Positions 20,808-29,603 of a stretch of 64,000 nucleotides of DNA are shown here, one piece after another. This DNA comes from Nitrospirota bacterium (GTDB taxonomy: Bacteria; Nitrospirota; UBA9217), in assembly GCA_963737155.1 (NCBI GenBank), contig CAVTRN010000002.1, forward strand, positions 1,856,001 through 1,920,000, given 5' to 3'. The notes under the pieces were generated by a model. The model was not told the DNA's origin, did not search any database, and worked only from the letters and a program-made list of their open reading frames with translations. The translations under genes and the position numbers were made by a program. How positions within the stretch are numbered: the first letter of the stretch is position 1; the number at the start of each line of letters is the position of its first letter.

Positions 20808-21704
20808 ATGCGATCATTCAGGGATATCAAGCACGATTACCGCTTTACGGCAGAGGATGAAAGTAGACTCGCTGAGCTGCGTCCACTCATGGAGGAGCAC
20901 ACCGATGAAATCATGGGGACACTCAGTCTATGGATCATGGGGACAAAGGGGGCTTCTCAGTTTTTCACTGAGGAATCGAGAAAAAAACATGTGTTCGGAG
21001 CACAACGGGAATGGTTCCTTGATCTTTTTTCTGGCAAGTACGACAACCGCTATTATGAAAAGCTGATCAGGATTGGGGCAGCGCATGTGAAACACAAAGT
21101 GGACACCCATTATATGAATCGCGCAGTAAACTTGGTGAAAAACGCCTGCGTAGGGGTTCTCCAGCAGTTAGAGGAGAACAAGGTGGAAGCTACCAACAAG
21201 ATCATATCCGTGGGGAAAATCCTCGACATCAGCCTCGATGTGATTACAAGTTCCTATATTGAGGCAGAAATCAGCTTCTATCAACCGGTCTACCGGATTA
21301 AGAGCGCTCTCATTACTTTTTCCGAGAGGTTCTCCCAGACCACTAACCTCGTACTGGTGCTTGCGCTTATGGGCCTCACCATCGGCGCTATATGGCTTTT
21401 TGTACAGGATGTGATGCATCTGTTAAGTGGCGATGTGGCCGGCGGGATCATATCGGCACTGGGGTCTATGCTGCTGCTCTGGCTCATGATAGAACTCATG
21501 AATACCGAAATCTCCCATCTTAAGGGAGGCAAATTCCATATCAGCGTGTTCGTGGGTGTTGCGCTCGTAACCATGATCCGTGAAACAATGATCGCCACGC
21601 TCAAGCATGAGAAGCCGGAAGCCATATATTATCTCATCGCCGCCATCCTGGTAATCGGCTTCGTCTACTGGATCGTTACTAAGGCCGAGGAGCAAAATTC
21701 CTAA
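20808..21704 (+). CDS. Protoglobin-like globin domain fused to a PsiE-like 4-TM domain
   Basis: FTAEDE...WFLDLFSG.YD..YY..L.RIGAAHV sensor-globin pattern; C-terminal helices with IEL and VALVTMIRE. Confidence 0.78.
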   Translation: MRSFRDIKHDYRFTAEDESRLAELRPLMEEHTDEIMGTLSLWIMGTKGASQFFTEESRKKHVFGAQREWFLDLFSGKYDNRYYEKLIRIGAAHVKHKVDTHYMNRAVNLVKNACVGVLQQLEENKVEATNKIISVGKILDISLDVITSSYIEAEISFYQPVYRIKSALITFSERFSQTTNLVLVLALMGLTIGAIWLFVQDVMHLLSGDVAGGIISALGSMLLLWLMIELMNTEISHLKGGKFHISVFVGVALVTMIRETMIATLKHEKPEAIYYLIAAILVIGFVYWIVTKAEEQNS

Positions 21705-21721
21705 GCAAGATGGCCTGGTAC

Positions 21722-21737
21722 TATGATTTATGTCATA
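21722..21737. promoter_or_regulatory. Palindromic Crp/Fnr-like operator
   Basis: TATGA-tttatg-TCATA upstream of the CBS gene; same motif at 27368. Confidence 0.45.
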
Positions 21738-21785
21738 CCGGATCGATTCGGATGATGTTACGATTGTTCCTGCAGGGGAGGACCT

Positions 21786-22373
21786 ATGGATAAGAAAGAT
21801 GATTTCAACTGCTCGTTGGCAGAAAATGATATCAGGGCGGCCCTGCTGGAAATGAAATCCTATGTGGATGTGACTGAAGAGGATCTGAAAAAAATCTACG
21901 AAATCGCCCTTCGACATGCGAAGGAGCGAATAAGCATGCGGATCCCAGTACAAAACGTGATGACGACAAGGGTCATAACAGTCAAAGGGAATACTGATTT
22001 ACAGGAAGCGGCTCGGCTTCTATCAGAAAACCGGATCAGCGGCATGCCCGTCGTGGATGATGCAAACAAAGTGATCGGAGTGATCAGCGAGGCAGACCTC
22101 CTTGTATTGGCCGGGATGCAGAAGGAGCATTCCTTCAGGGACATCCTGCGGAGCATCCTTGGAGAACGAGTACCGACGCGGAAAAGGGGGGACAAAGTGC
22201 AAGATGTTATGAGCTTCCCTCCGATAACGAGTAAGGCCGATGACGACATGAAAGAAGTGGCTCAGATTTTTAATGAACGACGGATCAAGCGCCTTCCCGT
22301 TGTCGACAATGATGGGACATTGCTTGGCATCATTTCTCGTGCTGATATCGTCAGGGCATTTGGACGGAAATAA
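21786..22373 (+). CDS. CBS-domain pair protein
   Basis: VMTTRVITV, ISGMPVVD, GVISEADL, KRLPVVD, GIISRADI. Confidence 0.9.
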   Translation: MDKKDDFNCSLAENDIRAALLEMKSYVDVTEEDLKKIYEIALRHAKERISMRIPVQNVMTTRVITVKGNTDLQEAARLLSENRISGMPVVDDANKVIGVISEADLLVLAGMQKEHSFRDILRSILGERVPTRKRGDKVQDVMSFPPITSKADDDMKEVAQIFNERRIKRLPVVDNDGTLLGIISRADIVRAFGRK

Positions 22374-22610
22374 TATTTCTAACAATAGCAATAGCGAGGA
22401 AATGGTCGACAAACGCAGTTAAAGTCAGAAAATACTATTTTTTACTGGTCAACAATGATAAATCAAAGGTTTAAATATTATTCGTAATATATTGTATAAT
22501 TTAAATTTATATACTTAATGTATTAGTTTAATATTGTCAACTTGCTCGTAAGATGACAAAACGTGTCTTCGATTCCGATTTAATCACCGAAGTAACGAAC
22601 GAGGTAGCGC

Positions 22611-23156
22611 ATGATTTTCGCAAGTTACATATCCAAAATGAAAGGTGGTGCAAAATGTCCGCCGTCAGGGCCAGTTCAAGAGATATTATGGTCCTGGATC
22701 GGTGCAGCTATCGGCATCGGTCTTTGCGCCTATATATCATCACGTTATCTTGAGCCACGGGACCTGTCTTTGCTTATCGGCTCTTTCGGCGCCTCAGCGG
22801 TCTTAGTGTATGCGGCCATCAGAAGTCCACTTGCTCAGCCGAGAAATCTCGTGGGCGGTCATGTAATATCGGGCATTGCCGGCGTGGCATGTTATCAGCT
22901 TTTCGGGGATACCGTCTGGATTGCCGCCGCAATGGCAGTGTCATTGGCCATCGCGGTCATGCTAGTAACAAGAACGCTCCATCCACCCGGAGGAGCAACT
23001 GCACTAATTGCAGTAATCGGAGGAAATAAAGTCCATAATCTCGGGTTTCTTTATGCCATCATTCCAGCGGGAGCCGGAGCAATGGTTCTGCTGATCGTTG
23101 CTTTGTTTGTAAATAATCTGTCAAAAAACAGAAGATATCCAGAATACTGGTTCTGA
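22611..23156 (+). CDS. HPP family membrane protein
   Basis: GSFGASAVLVY, SPLAQPRNLVGGH, TLHPPGGATAL, YPEYWF end. Confidence 0.93.
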   Translation: MIFASYISKMKGGAKCPPSGPVQEILWSWIGAAIGIGLCAYISSRYLEPRDLSLLIGSFGASAVLVYAAIRSPLAQPRNLVGGHVISGIAGVACYQLFGDTVWIAAAMAVSLAIAVMLVTRTLHPPGGATALIAVIGGNKVHNLGFLYAIIPAGAGAMVLLIVALFVNNLSKNRRYPEYWF

Positions 23157-23180
23157 ATCGACTCGTACCACAAACAGCGA

Positions 23181-23222
23181 TATTTATTAAAAAAGCCCTC
23201 GTTTAGGCTTTTTTAATAAATA
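23181..23222. terminator. Bidirectional intrinsic terminator
   Basis: 17-bp perfect stem TATTTATTAAAAAAGCC / GGCTTTTTTAATAAATA between convergent genes. Confidence 0.75.
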
Positions 23223-23294
23223 AGAATAATATTAAGCACACTTAAGCGGCAACTATTCAATCTTCTTCATAATTTTGTCTTTGCTGAATAATGT

Positions 23295-23687
23295 TTACAT
23301 TAATGAGGCAATGGTCTGTTTCCGAAGCCGCTTTTCCACTTCCTTCCTGATGCCTACCCATACAGGATGAACGGAGCAGTTGGCGCTTAATCTGCAATTT
23401 TTGCTGTCGATGACGCAGACGTTGATGGTGGCTGGCCCCTGGATTGACATCATAATATCAAGAAGGCTGATACCTGTAGGTTTCTTTGCTAGCTTGAAAC
23501 CTCCCTTTACTCCTCTTGTGGATATAAGGATGTTGTTTTTTGTCAGACGCTGAAGAATTTTTGCCAGAAAGCTCTTAGGAATGTGCATGGCATGAGCTAC
23601 TTCTGTCACGTTCGCAGTGCGATGTCCCTCTCGGGCAAGGTACAGGATTGTGCGAACTGCATAATCTGTTTCGCGGGTAACCAGCAT
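23295..23687 (-). CDS. Rrf2 family transcriptional regulator with a 3-Cys motif
   Basis: TDYAVR, FLAKILQRL, STRGVKGGF; C-x6-C-x5-C. Confidence 0.92.
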   Translation of the reverse strand: MLVTRETDYAVRTILYLAREGHRTANVTEVAHAMHIPKSFLAKILQRLTKNNILISTRGVKGGFKLAKKPTGISLLDIMMSIQGPATINVCVIDSKNCRLSANCSVHPVWVGIRKEVEKRLRKQTIASLM

Positions 23688-23690
23688 AAT

Positions 23691-24302
23691 CTATTTCATC
23701 TCCTCGAATATTTTGCCGACAATTTTAGCCGACGGCTTTAGTGTCTTGTCACCCTCTTTTTTCCATTGGGCAGGGCATACTTCAGCGGGATTGGAGGCCA
23801 GATGAATATTCGCCTCGAGCTTCCGCATGAGTTCATCGACATTTCTACCCAAATTATAAAAATTAACCTCAGCATTCAGTAGAATGCCATCGGGGTTTAT
23901 AATAAAGGTGCCCCGGAGGGCATTCCCACTCGCATCATCATAGATACCAAAGAGTTTCGCCAGGGTGCCGGTACGGTCAGCACCCATGGGGTAAGCGACT
24001 TTTTCGAGCATTTTTTCTTCCCGTTGCCATGCAAGGTGGACAAATTTGGTGTCCGTACTCACGGTAATGAGCTCGGCCCTTAATGTTTTAAATTTCTGGT
24101 ACTGTTCTGCCAATGCAGCAAACTCAGTGGCGCAGACAAAAGTAAAGTCAGCAGGGTAGAAAAAAAGAATTGTCCATTTTTGTGACGCTTTCAAGCCTGC
24201 AAGATAGATTTCGCCGAAATCGGCTTTCGTTGGGTCAAAAATATCGAGTTTGAAATCCGGCACGTGACTGCCTACGCGAATAGAACAACAATCGTTTGAC
24301 AT
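23691..24302 (-). CDS. ahpC: 2-Cys peroxiredoxin (AhpC/TSA)
   Basis: FFYPADFTFVCATE, LRGTFII, GRNVDE, EVCPAQW. Confidence 0.9.
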   Translation of the reverse strand: MSNDCCSIRVGSHVPDFKLDIFDPTKADFGEIYLAGLKASQKWTILFFYPADFTFVCATEFAALAEQYQKFKTLRAELITVSTDTKFVHLAWQREEKMLEKVAYPMGADRTGTLAKLFGIYDDASGNALRGTFIINPDGILLNAEVNFYNLGRNVDELMRKLEANIHLASNPAEVCPAQWKKEGDKTLKPSAKIVGKIFEEMK

Positions 24303-24591
24303 GATGTACCTCCCTCGTTAATTCAGGATGATTAAAACCTTATATATAGAAGAGCAGACGCTGTAATCAACTGACTTTTTCTCATATCATGTACTCCAAT
24401 GAGCACCGGAAAAGGAACCTCTATCAAAATAGGCTTAACTCACAAAAGTCATTTGGTGATATTATGAGTTAAGAACAACTTGCTGTTCCAAGTATATCAT
24501 AATTGTTTTGATTAAATAATGCAGAATTCTTGGGGATATTCACCGTTTTCCTTGGAGCTTGTATGCGATATCTTGACCGAGTGGGAAAGAA

Positions 24592-25806
24592 ATGAAGGAG
24601 ATGACAAAAATGCCTGGTTCAGATACTATGGGTTTCATGAAGGGTAAACAGCCGCTAGAACAGCAGAAGAAAATCTTCCCAAAAACAATAAAAGGTATCT
24701 TCCAATCACGGCCAAACCGTTTCATTGTTGAGTGCATAATTGGCAATAAATCCGAATGGGCCTATCTTCCAAATCCTGGAAGGCTCTGGGAATTGTTTTT
24801 CCCAGGTAGCGTCCTGTATCTGGTCGAACATAACTCCGGTTATAAAAGAAGTACCAGATACACAGTTGTGGCTGTTGAACGTAATGGAATCCCGATCATG
24901 CTTCACACGCATGTAAATAATCTTGTTGCGGCACAATTGATCGAAGAAAACAGAATTCCTGGCTTGGAAAACGCAGAAATTGTGAAGCCGGAAGTCACTA
25001 TCGGAAACAGCAGATTCGATTTTCTGCTGAAACAAGACGGAGAAAATGTCGTTCTCGAAGTCAAGTCCTGCACGCTCGTGGGGAACTCCATTGCGATGTT
25101 TCCCGATGCTATAACAACGCGGGGAACGAAACATCTGCTTGAACTGGCGAGGTTGGCGGAAGAGGGTACAAAAACCGCGGTCGTCTTCCTTGTCCACTGG
25201 CCCAAGTCGCACTACTTCATGCCTGAGCATCATACCGACTTCGTTTTTTCGAAAACGCTCTTATCGGTAAAGGGTGTCGTCTTGGTAAAAGCCGTGTCTA
25301 TCGCATGGGATAAAGGGCTTTTGCGCGGCCAGACGCGGGAACTCGTGATTCCTTGGCAGTTGATCGGACAGGAAACCAGTGACAGTGGAAGTTACCTGAT
25401 CATTCTTAGACTGAAAAGTGGACGGCGTCTGTCGACAGGCATGCTGGGTAAAGTAAGATACAACAAGGGATATTATATCTACGTCGGTTCGGCAAAGACA
25501 AACCTTACGCAACGCATCGCGCGCCATCGGAGACTCATCAAACAACATCATTGGCATATCGATTACCTGAGATCGGCCGCGGATTTTCATGCTGCGTTGC
25601 CGATTCGAGCAAGCGATGACCTTGAGTGCGAGATCGCATCAGCTTTGGGGAAAATTGCAGATTGGGCCATAAGGGATTTCGGGGCCTCTGATTGCTGCTG
25701 CGATAGCCATCTTTTTGGAATGGATGAAGACCCCGTGCACAACAAAGCTTTCATCAGTCTTCTGCAATACTACAGGATCGATAGGCTCGAGAAATATCTT
25801 TCATAA
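24592..25806 (+). CDS. sfsA: SfsA nuclease fused to a DUF123/GIY-YIG domain
   Basis: RPNRF, LPNPGRL, SRFDF, EVKSCTL, FPDAIT.RG.KHL; C-terminal GYYIYVGSA...HWHIDYL...FGASDC.C.SHL; exact start uncertain. Confidence 0.85.
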   Translation: MKEMTKMPGSDTMGFMKGKQPLEQQKKIFPKTIKGIFQSRPNRFIVECIIGNKSEWAYLPNPGRLWELFFPGSVLYLVEHNSGYKRSTRYTVVAVERNGIPIMLHTHVNNLVAAQLIEENRIPGLENAEIVKPEVTIGNSRFDFLLKQDGENVVLEVKSCTLVGNSIAMFPDAITTRGTKHLLELARLAEEGTKTAVVFLVHWPKSHYFMPEHHTDFVFSKTLLSVKGVVLVKAVSIAWDKGLLRGQTRELVIPWQLIGQETSDSGSYLIILRLKSGRRLSTGMLGKVRYNKGYYIYVGSAKTNLTQRIARHRRLIKQHHWHIDYLRSAADFHAALPIRASDDLECEIASALGKIADWAIRDFGASDCCCDSHLFGMDEDPVHNKAFISLLQYYRIDRLEKYLS

Positions 25807-25895
25807 ACATCACCCATTATACTTATTCTGATGGGTTTTCCTGAAAAGTTGGTGCCTAAACTAAAATAAACGAGGGATGGTTTCAGGATCGCATC

Positions 25896-26282
25896 TTACC
25901 TTTTCGCGAGGCTTTTATCTTCAAGAGATTTAAAAATCATGTCCAGTACTGTTTTTTGCTGGCCCTCATGTTTGTTGAGCACTGCCAGACAGCTTCCCAT
26001 GGGAAACCGCTCATGCAGGTAATTGGCATCATGTCCGGACAAGATGACAATACGATTCTTGCTCAGACCTTTAGAGACGGCATAGGCCAGGATTTTTGAA
26101 CCGTCCAGACCGGGCATCTCTAGATCTACTAGCAGAAGATCTAGGTCCTTCGAGATAGAGGTGAGACATTTGACCGGATCATTGCAGGTCAGCACCTGGA
26201 GGCCGGGATAGCCTTCTGCCACGTATTCATCAAGCAATTTGAGAAAAGCCGCATCATCGTCAATCAGAAGAATTCGACCCAT
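25896..26282 (-). CDS. Single-domain response regulator (receiver)
   Basis: ILLIDDD, LLLVDLEMPGLDG, ILSG; GAGGAG before ATG 26282. Confidence 0.85.
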   Translation of the reverse strand: MGRILLIDDDAAFLKLLDEYVAEGYPGLQVLTCNDPVKCLTSISKDLDLLLVDLEMPGLDGSKILAYAVSKGLSKNRIVILSGHDANYLHERFPMGSCLAVLNKHEGQQKTVLDMIFKSLEDKSLAKR

Positions 26283-26532
26283 CTGCTTGCTCCTCATTAT
26301 TGATATCCTATGCGGCCTGCAGACCGAGGATTCCCGAATCAGGCTCTGCAACTGCTGAGAACCACTGCAGATTCTGTTCATGAATGCGGCAGAAATGGTT
26401 GCCACATCCTCGGTTACTGGCTGATGTAGCTTGCCCGGCTTTATTTTCCCCAGCAAACCGGTTAACCGCGGGTTGTTTCGCCCGAGTGCTTAGCGAATGC
26501 AGCCGGCGATGCCAGAGAGGTTGCTTTTTTAT

Positions 26533-26654
26533 TTAAATTGAGATTCCCTGTAGCTTGCCGCATAGAGGGAAGAGTTTGAGAAACCGCAGGTTTTTCATAA
26601 GATAATCGTCTTCCTTTTTATAAATACCTCGCAGCTTGCTGCGGGGAGCTTCAC
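26533..26654 (+). mobile_element. Non-autonomous IS200-type miniature element (PATE), diverged copy
   Basis: Follows TTTAT; ends in CCTCGCAGCTTGCTGCGGGG...TTCAC, matching the end hairpin of the IS200 at 50247; degenerate left hairpin CCCTGTAGCTTGCCGC...GGG. Confidence 0.65.
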
Positions 26655-26856
26655 TTGGCGGTATCAAGACGTAATAGATGGGTATTTTGCCTATGGTGTC
26701 CAAGACTTCCTTTATAGGCCACATGGCTGTGTTCCAGAGCTTTGTTGCAGAGAAACAGAGTAACCTGAGTAAAAGGGCAGTTTTTTTGTCGGTTACCGAT
26801 GCTCTGCCGGTGTCAATCCTAGTTTTCAAATCAGACTCTTTAGTAGACTCAACCAT
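26655..26856 (-). pseudogene. Truncated TnpB 5' fragment
   Basis: LKTRI...LLRLLCFSATKLWNTAMW resembles a TnpB N-terminal helix; cut by the miniature element; IS605-like hairpin upstream at about 26892-26930. Confidence 0.5.
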
Positions 26857-26979
26857 ACATTAATAAACGTATCATACACATGGACATTTGTAAACCCAAA
26901 TACTAAAACGTAGCGTTTTTATTAGGGGTTTTATGCCAGCGGCAGTTGTTGTTCGTCTGAAAAAGCTGTGAAATAAGTG

Positions 26980-27294
26980 TTAGTCCACCGGCGTAACAAC
27001 AGCTATGACCACAAGTTTTTCTCCCTTGTCAGCAGCAAAACCGTGGGGAACGTTAGGATCGCAGAGGATGCAGGTCTTTTCATCTGCCTCTATTTTCTCA
27101 TCACCGACGGTGAACGTTCCTTTCCCCTGCACACAGTACATCATAAGCCTCAGCGGCGCCTTATGAGGTTCCAGCTTTTGGCCGGCTTCTAGGCACATGA
27201 GGGCGATTCGCATCTCAGGCTTGTCCGAAAGCATTTCACGCGTGATCCTGTCAGAACTAAATTTTATGAGTTTTTTGAGATCAAGTATTTCCAT
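26980..27294 (-). CDS. Cupin domain protein
   Basis: GQKLEPH...YCVQGKG...PNVPHG; GGAGG RBS. Confidence 0.85.
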   Translation of the reverse strand: MEILDLKKLIKFSSDRITREMLSDKPEMRIALMCLEAGQKLEPHKAPLRLMMYCVQGKGTFTVGDEKIEADEKTCILCDPNVPHGFAADKGEKLVVIAVVTPVD

Positions 27295-27367
27295 GGTACC
27301 TCCTGACGACTGGTTTAGTATTGATTTATTCTTTCAAAATATACTACCAAGTCCGAGACAGGTATTC

Positions 27368-27383
27368 TATGACATGCATCATA
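27368..27383. promoter_or_regulatory. Palindromic Crp/Fnr-like operator
   Basis: TATGA-catgca-TCATA upstream of the cupin gene. Confidence 0.45.
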
Positions 27384-27497
27384 CGAGGCCAGAAGACGCA
27401 TTCAGATAAAAGATGTTCAGTGAGTATCTAACAGAAATGCACAATTTGAAAAAATAACCAATGTGCCGGATTTTTTAACGAATTGAGACTGATTAAA

Positions 27498-29080
27498 GAG
27501 CCTGTTGCATAAATCATTTGACATTAATATACGAATAGTATAGTATTGGTCATCACGCATATAAGGAGGCGTTTGATGGCCTACAATTTCAAAGACTGTA
27601 ACCGAGATCAAGTATATCTCATGCCGCCCACCTTGCAGGAGTGGCTGCCATCCAAGGACCTTGTTTGGATGGTCCTTGACGTCGTGGCAGAAATGGATCT
27701 TACGGCATTCTACCGAAAATACCGCCAGGACGGAAAAGGCCAGGCAGCTTTTGAGCCGTCAATGATGGTCTCCCTGCTGTTATATGCCTACAGCCTCGGT
27801 ATCCGATCATCCCGTGAGATTGAGAAGCTGTGCGAACGGGACATCGGGTTCAAGGTAATTGCTGCCAACCAGGTTCCGGACCACTGCACCATCAGCCGAT
27901 TTTGGAAGGACAACGGCCAGGCACTGGAGGGGCTGTTCAAACAGATGCTCAAGCTCTGCAAGGAAGCCGGGCTCGTCAAAGTCGGCATCGTGGCCCTTGA
28001 CGGGAGCAAGATAAAGGCTAACGCAGCCCTGGAAGCCAACCGCACGTACGAGCATATCGAGCAGGAAGTGAAGAGAATGCTCGATGAAGCGGAGGCCAAG
28101 GACACCGAGGAAGACCGGCAGTACGGCCAAAACAAACGCGGCGATGAACTTCCTGATGAACTTGCCGACCGGACCAGCCGCAGAGCCCGCCTTGCCGCGT
28201 GCAAGAAGCGGTTGGAAGAACAGGCTGCAGAGGCAGCAGCCGAGCAACAGTCAAAGATCGAAGAACGACAGGCCCAAGAGGCTGAAACCGGCAACAAGAA
28301 ACGGGGCCGCAAACCTCAGGAGCCTGATCCGACGCCATCGTCGGAAGCGAAGGCCAATATGACTGATCCGGACAGCAGGATCATGAAAACCCGAAGCGGA
28401 TATGTTCAGGGCTACAACAGCCAGGCCGTGGTCACCAAGGAGCAGATCATCATCGCCGCCGAGGTCACGAACCAGGAAAACGACATCAACCAGCTGCATC
28501 CCATGATCCAGAAGGCCCAGGAGAACTTAAACGAGATCGCCCTGCAAAAAGAACTGAAGATCGAAATATCTCTGAGCGATGCCGGCTACGCAAGTGAGAA
28601 GAACTTTGCGGCCATCACTCCCGACGGTCCCGAACATCTTATCGCAACCAAGAAAGACTGGAAGCAACGTAAAGAGGCCGCCGCATCATCCCCGCCCCAA
28701 GGGAGAATACCAAAAAGCCTGACACTCCGGCAGAGGATGGAGAGGAAGCTCCTGACCAAGCGGGGCAGAGAGCTTTATAAGAAACGAGGCCAGACCGTCG
28801 AACCGATCTTTGGCCAGATTAAAGACAATCGCGGCATCCGGCACTACATGCGCCGAGGGATTGAAGCCTGCTCCCAGGAATGGAAACTCATCTGCGCGAC
28901 GCACAATCTCTTGAAGCTTTGGCGAAGCGGCAAAGGGATTGCGGCCCAGATGGCAGTATAAAGAACGAAAACGACAGCTGATTCATGCCGTGTGCTTCGC
29001 AGAGATACCCCATTTGCAGTCTGGCACTATCCCATATGGGCGATCATAAACGGCTACGCTGGCATTTGAGCAACAAGCTC
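27498..29080 (+). mobile_element. IS1182-family insertion sequence
   Basis: IRs GAGCCTGTTGCATAAAT / ATTTGAGCAACAAGCTC (14/17); TAAA direct repeat at 27494-27497 and 29081-29084; internal TTGACA-17-TAGTAT promoter. Confidence 0.9.
27576..28961 (+). CDS. IS1182-family DDE transposase
   Basis: LLLYAY..GIRSSREIE, PDHCTISRF, ALDGSKIKANA, TDPDSRIMK, DAGY, YKKRGQTVEPIFG; AAGGAGG before ATG 27576. Confidence 0.95.
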   Translation: MAYNFKDCNRDQVYLMPPTLQEWLPSKDLVWMVLDVVAEMDLTAFYRKYRQDGKGQAAFEPSMMVSLLLYAYSLGIRSSREIEKLCERDIGFKVIAANQVPDHCTISRFWKDNGQALEGLFKQMLKLCKEAGLVKVGIVALDGSKIKANAALEANRTYEHIEQEVKRMLDEAEAKDTEEDRQYGQNKRGDELPDELADRTSRRARLAACKKRLEEQAAEAAAEQQSKIEERQAQEAETGNKKRGRKPQEPDPTPSSEAKANMTDPDSRIMKTRSGYVQGYNSQAVVTKEQIIIAAEVTNQENDINQLHPMIQKAQENLNEIALQKELKIEISLSDAGYASEKNFAAITPDGPEHLIATKKDWKQRKEAAASSPPQGRIPKSLTLRQRMERKLLTKRGRELYKKRGQTVEPIFGQIKDNRGIRHYMRRGIEACSQEWKLICATHNLLKLWRSGKGIAAQMAV

Positions 29081-29093
29081 TAAAGCAGGTTAA

Positions 29094-29240
29094 GTGAATT
29101 ACCCCGCAGCAAGCTGCGGGGCATCGGAACTTGAAACCTTAAAAAAGCACAACAAAGAAGCTGAAGACTTATCCTGGCTTCGCCAGGATGTCCTTTTCAT
29201 CCCAGCAGCAAGCTGCTGGGTATTTCAGGACTGTTTTATA
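29094..29240 (-). mobile_element. Non-autonomous IS200 derivative (PATE/MITE), about 150 bp
   Basis: Carries both end hairpins CCCCGCAGCAAGCTGCGGGG and CCCAGCAGCAAGCTGCTGGG; about 70 nt closely match 50721-50793; no tnpA. Confidence 0.85.
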
Positions 29241-29603
29241 AAGATCCCCAGAAAAGCTTGAGTTTGAATCATGGGGATTATGAGGAAACTTGAGAACTAC
29301 TGGTAGAAGTATACCTATGTGATATATTTAATGTATTAATGTCTAGTAAAGAAAATACACTGTCTTTGAGCCACAAGTTTCAACTCAGAACGACTCCGGC
29401 AGACTTATACGCAGCCAGGAATGATACAGAATAAATCAGGAATGGAGCACGCGAAACGATTATGATCAAGGATGATGCAGCGGCAAGCCTGTCTTTTTGC
29501 AGATATCAAACTATAAACAAAATCTCTCTGGAAACCATTTGTCACGGGAGAATCATGTCTGTCAAAGGACCCGATGAATTGTGGTACATATGACTGTCTG
29601 GCT

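Noticed and set aside
26283-26456. N-terminal extension of the response regulator in the ORF track
   Set aside because: A good RBS precedes ATG 26282 and the extension has no domain features
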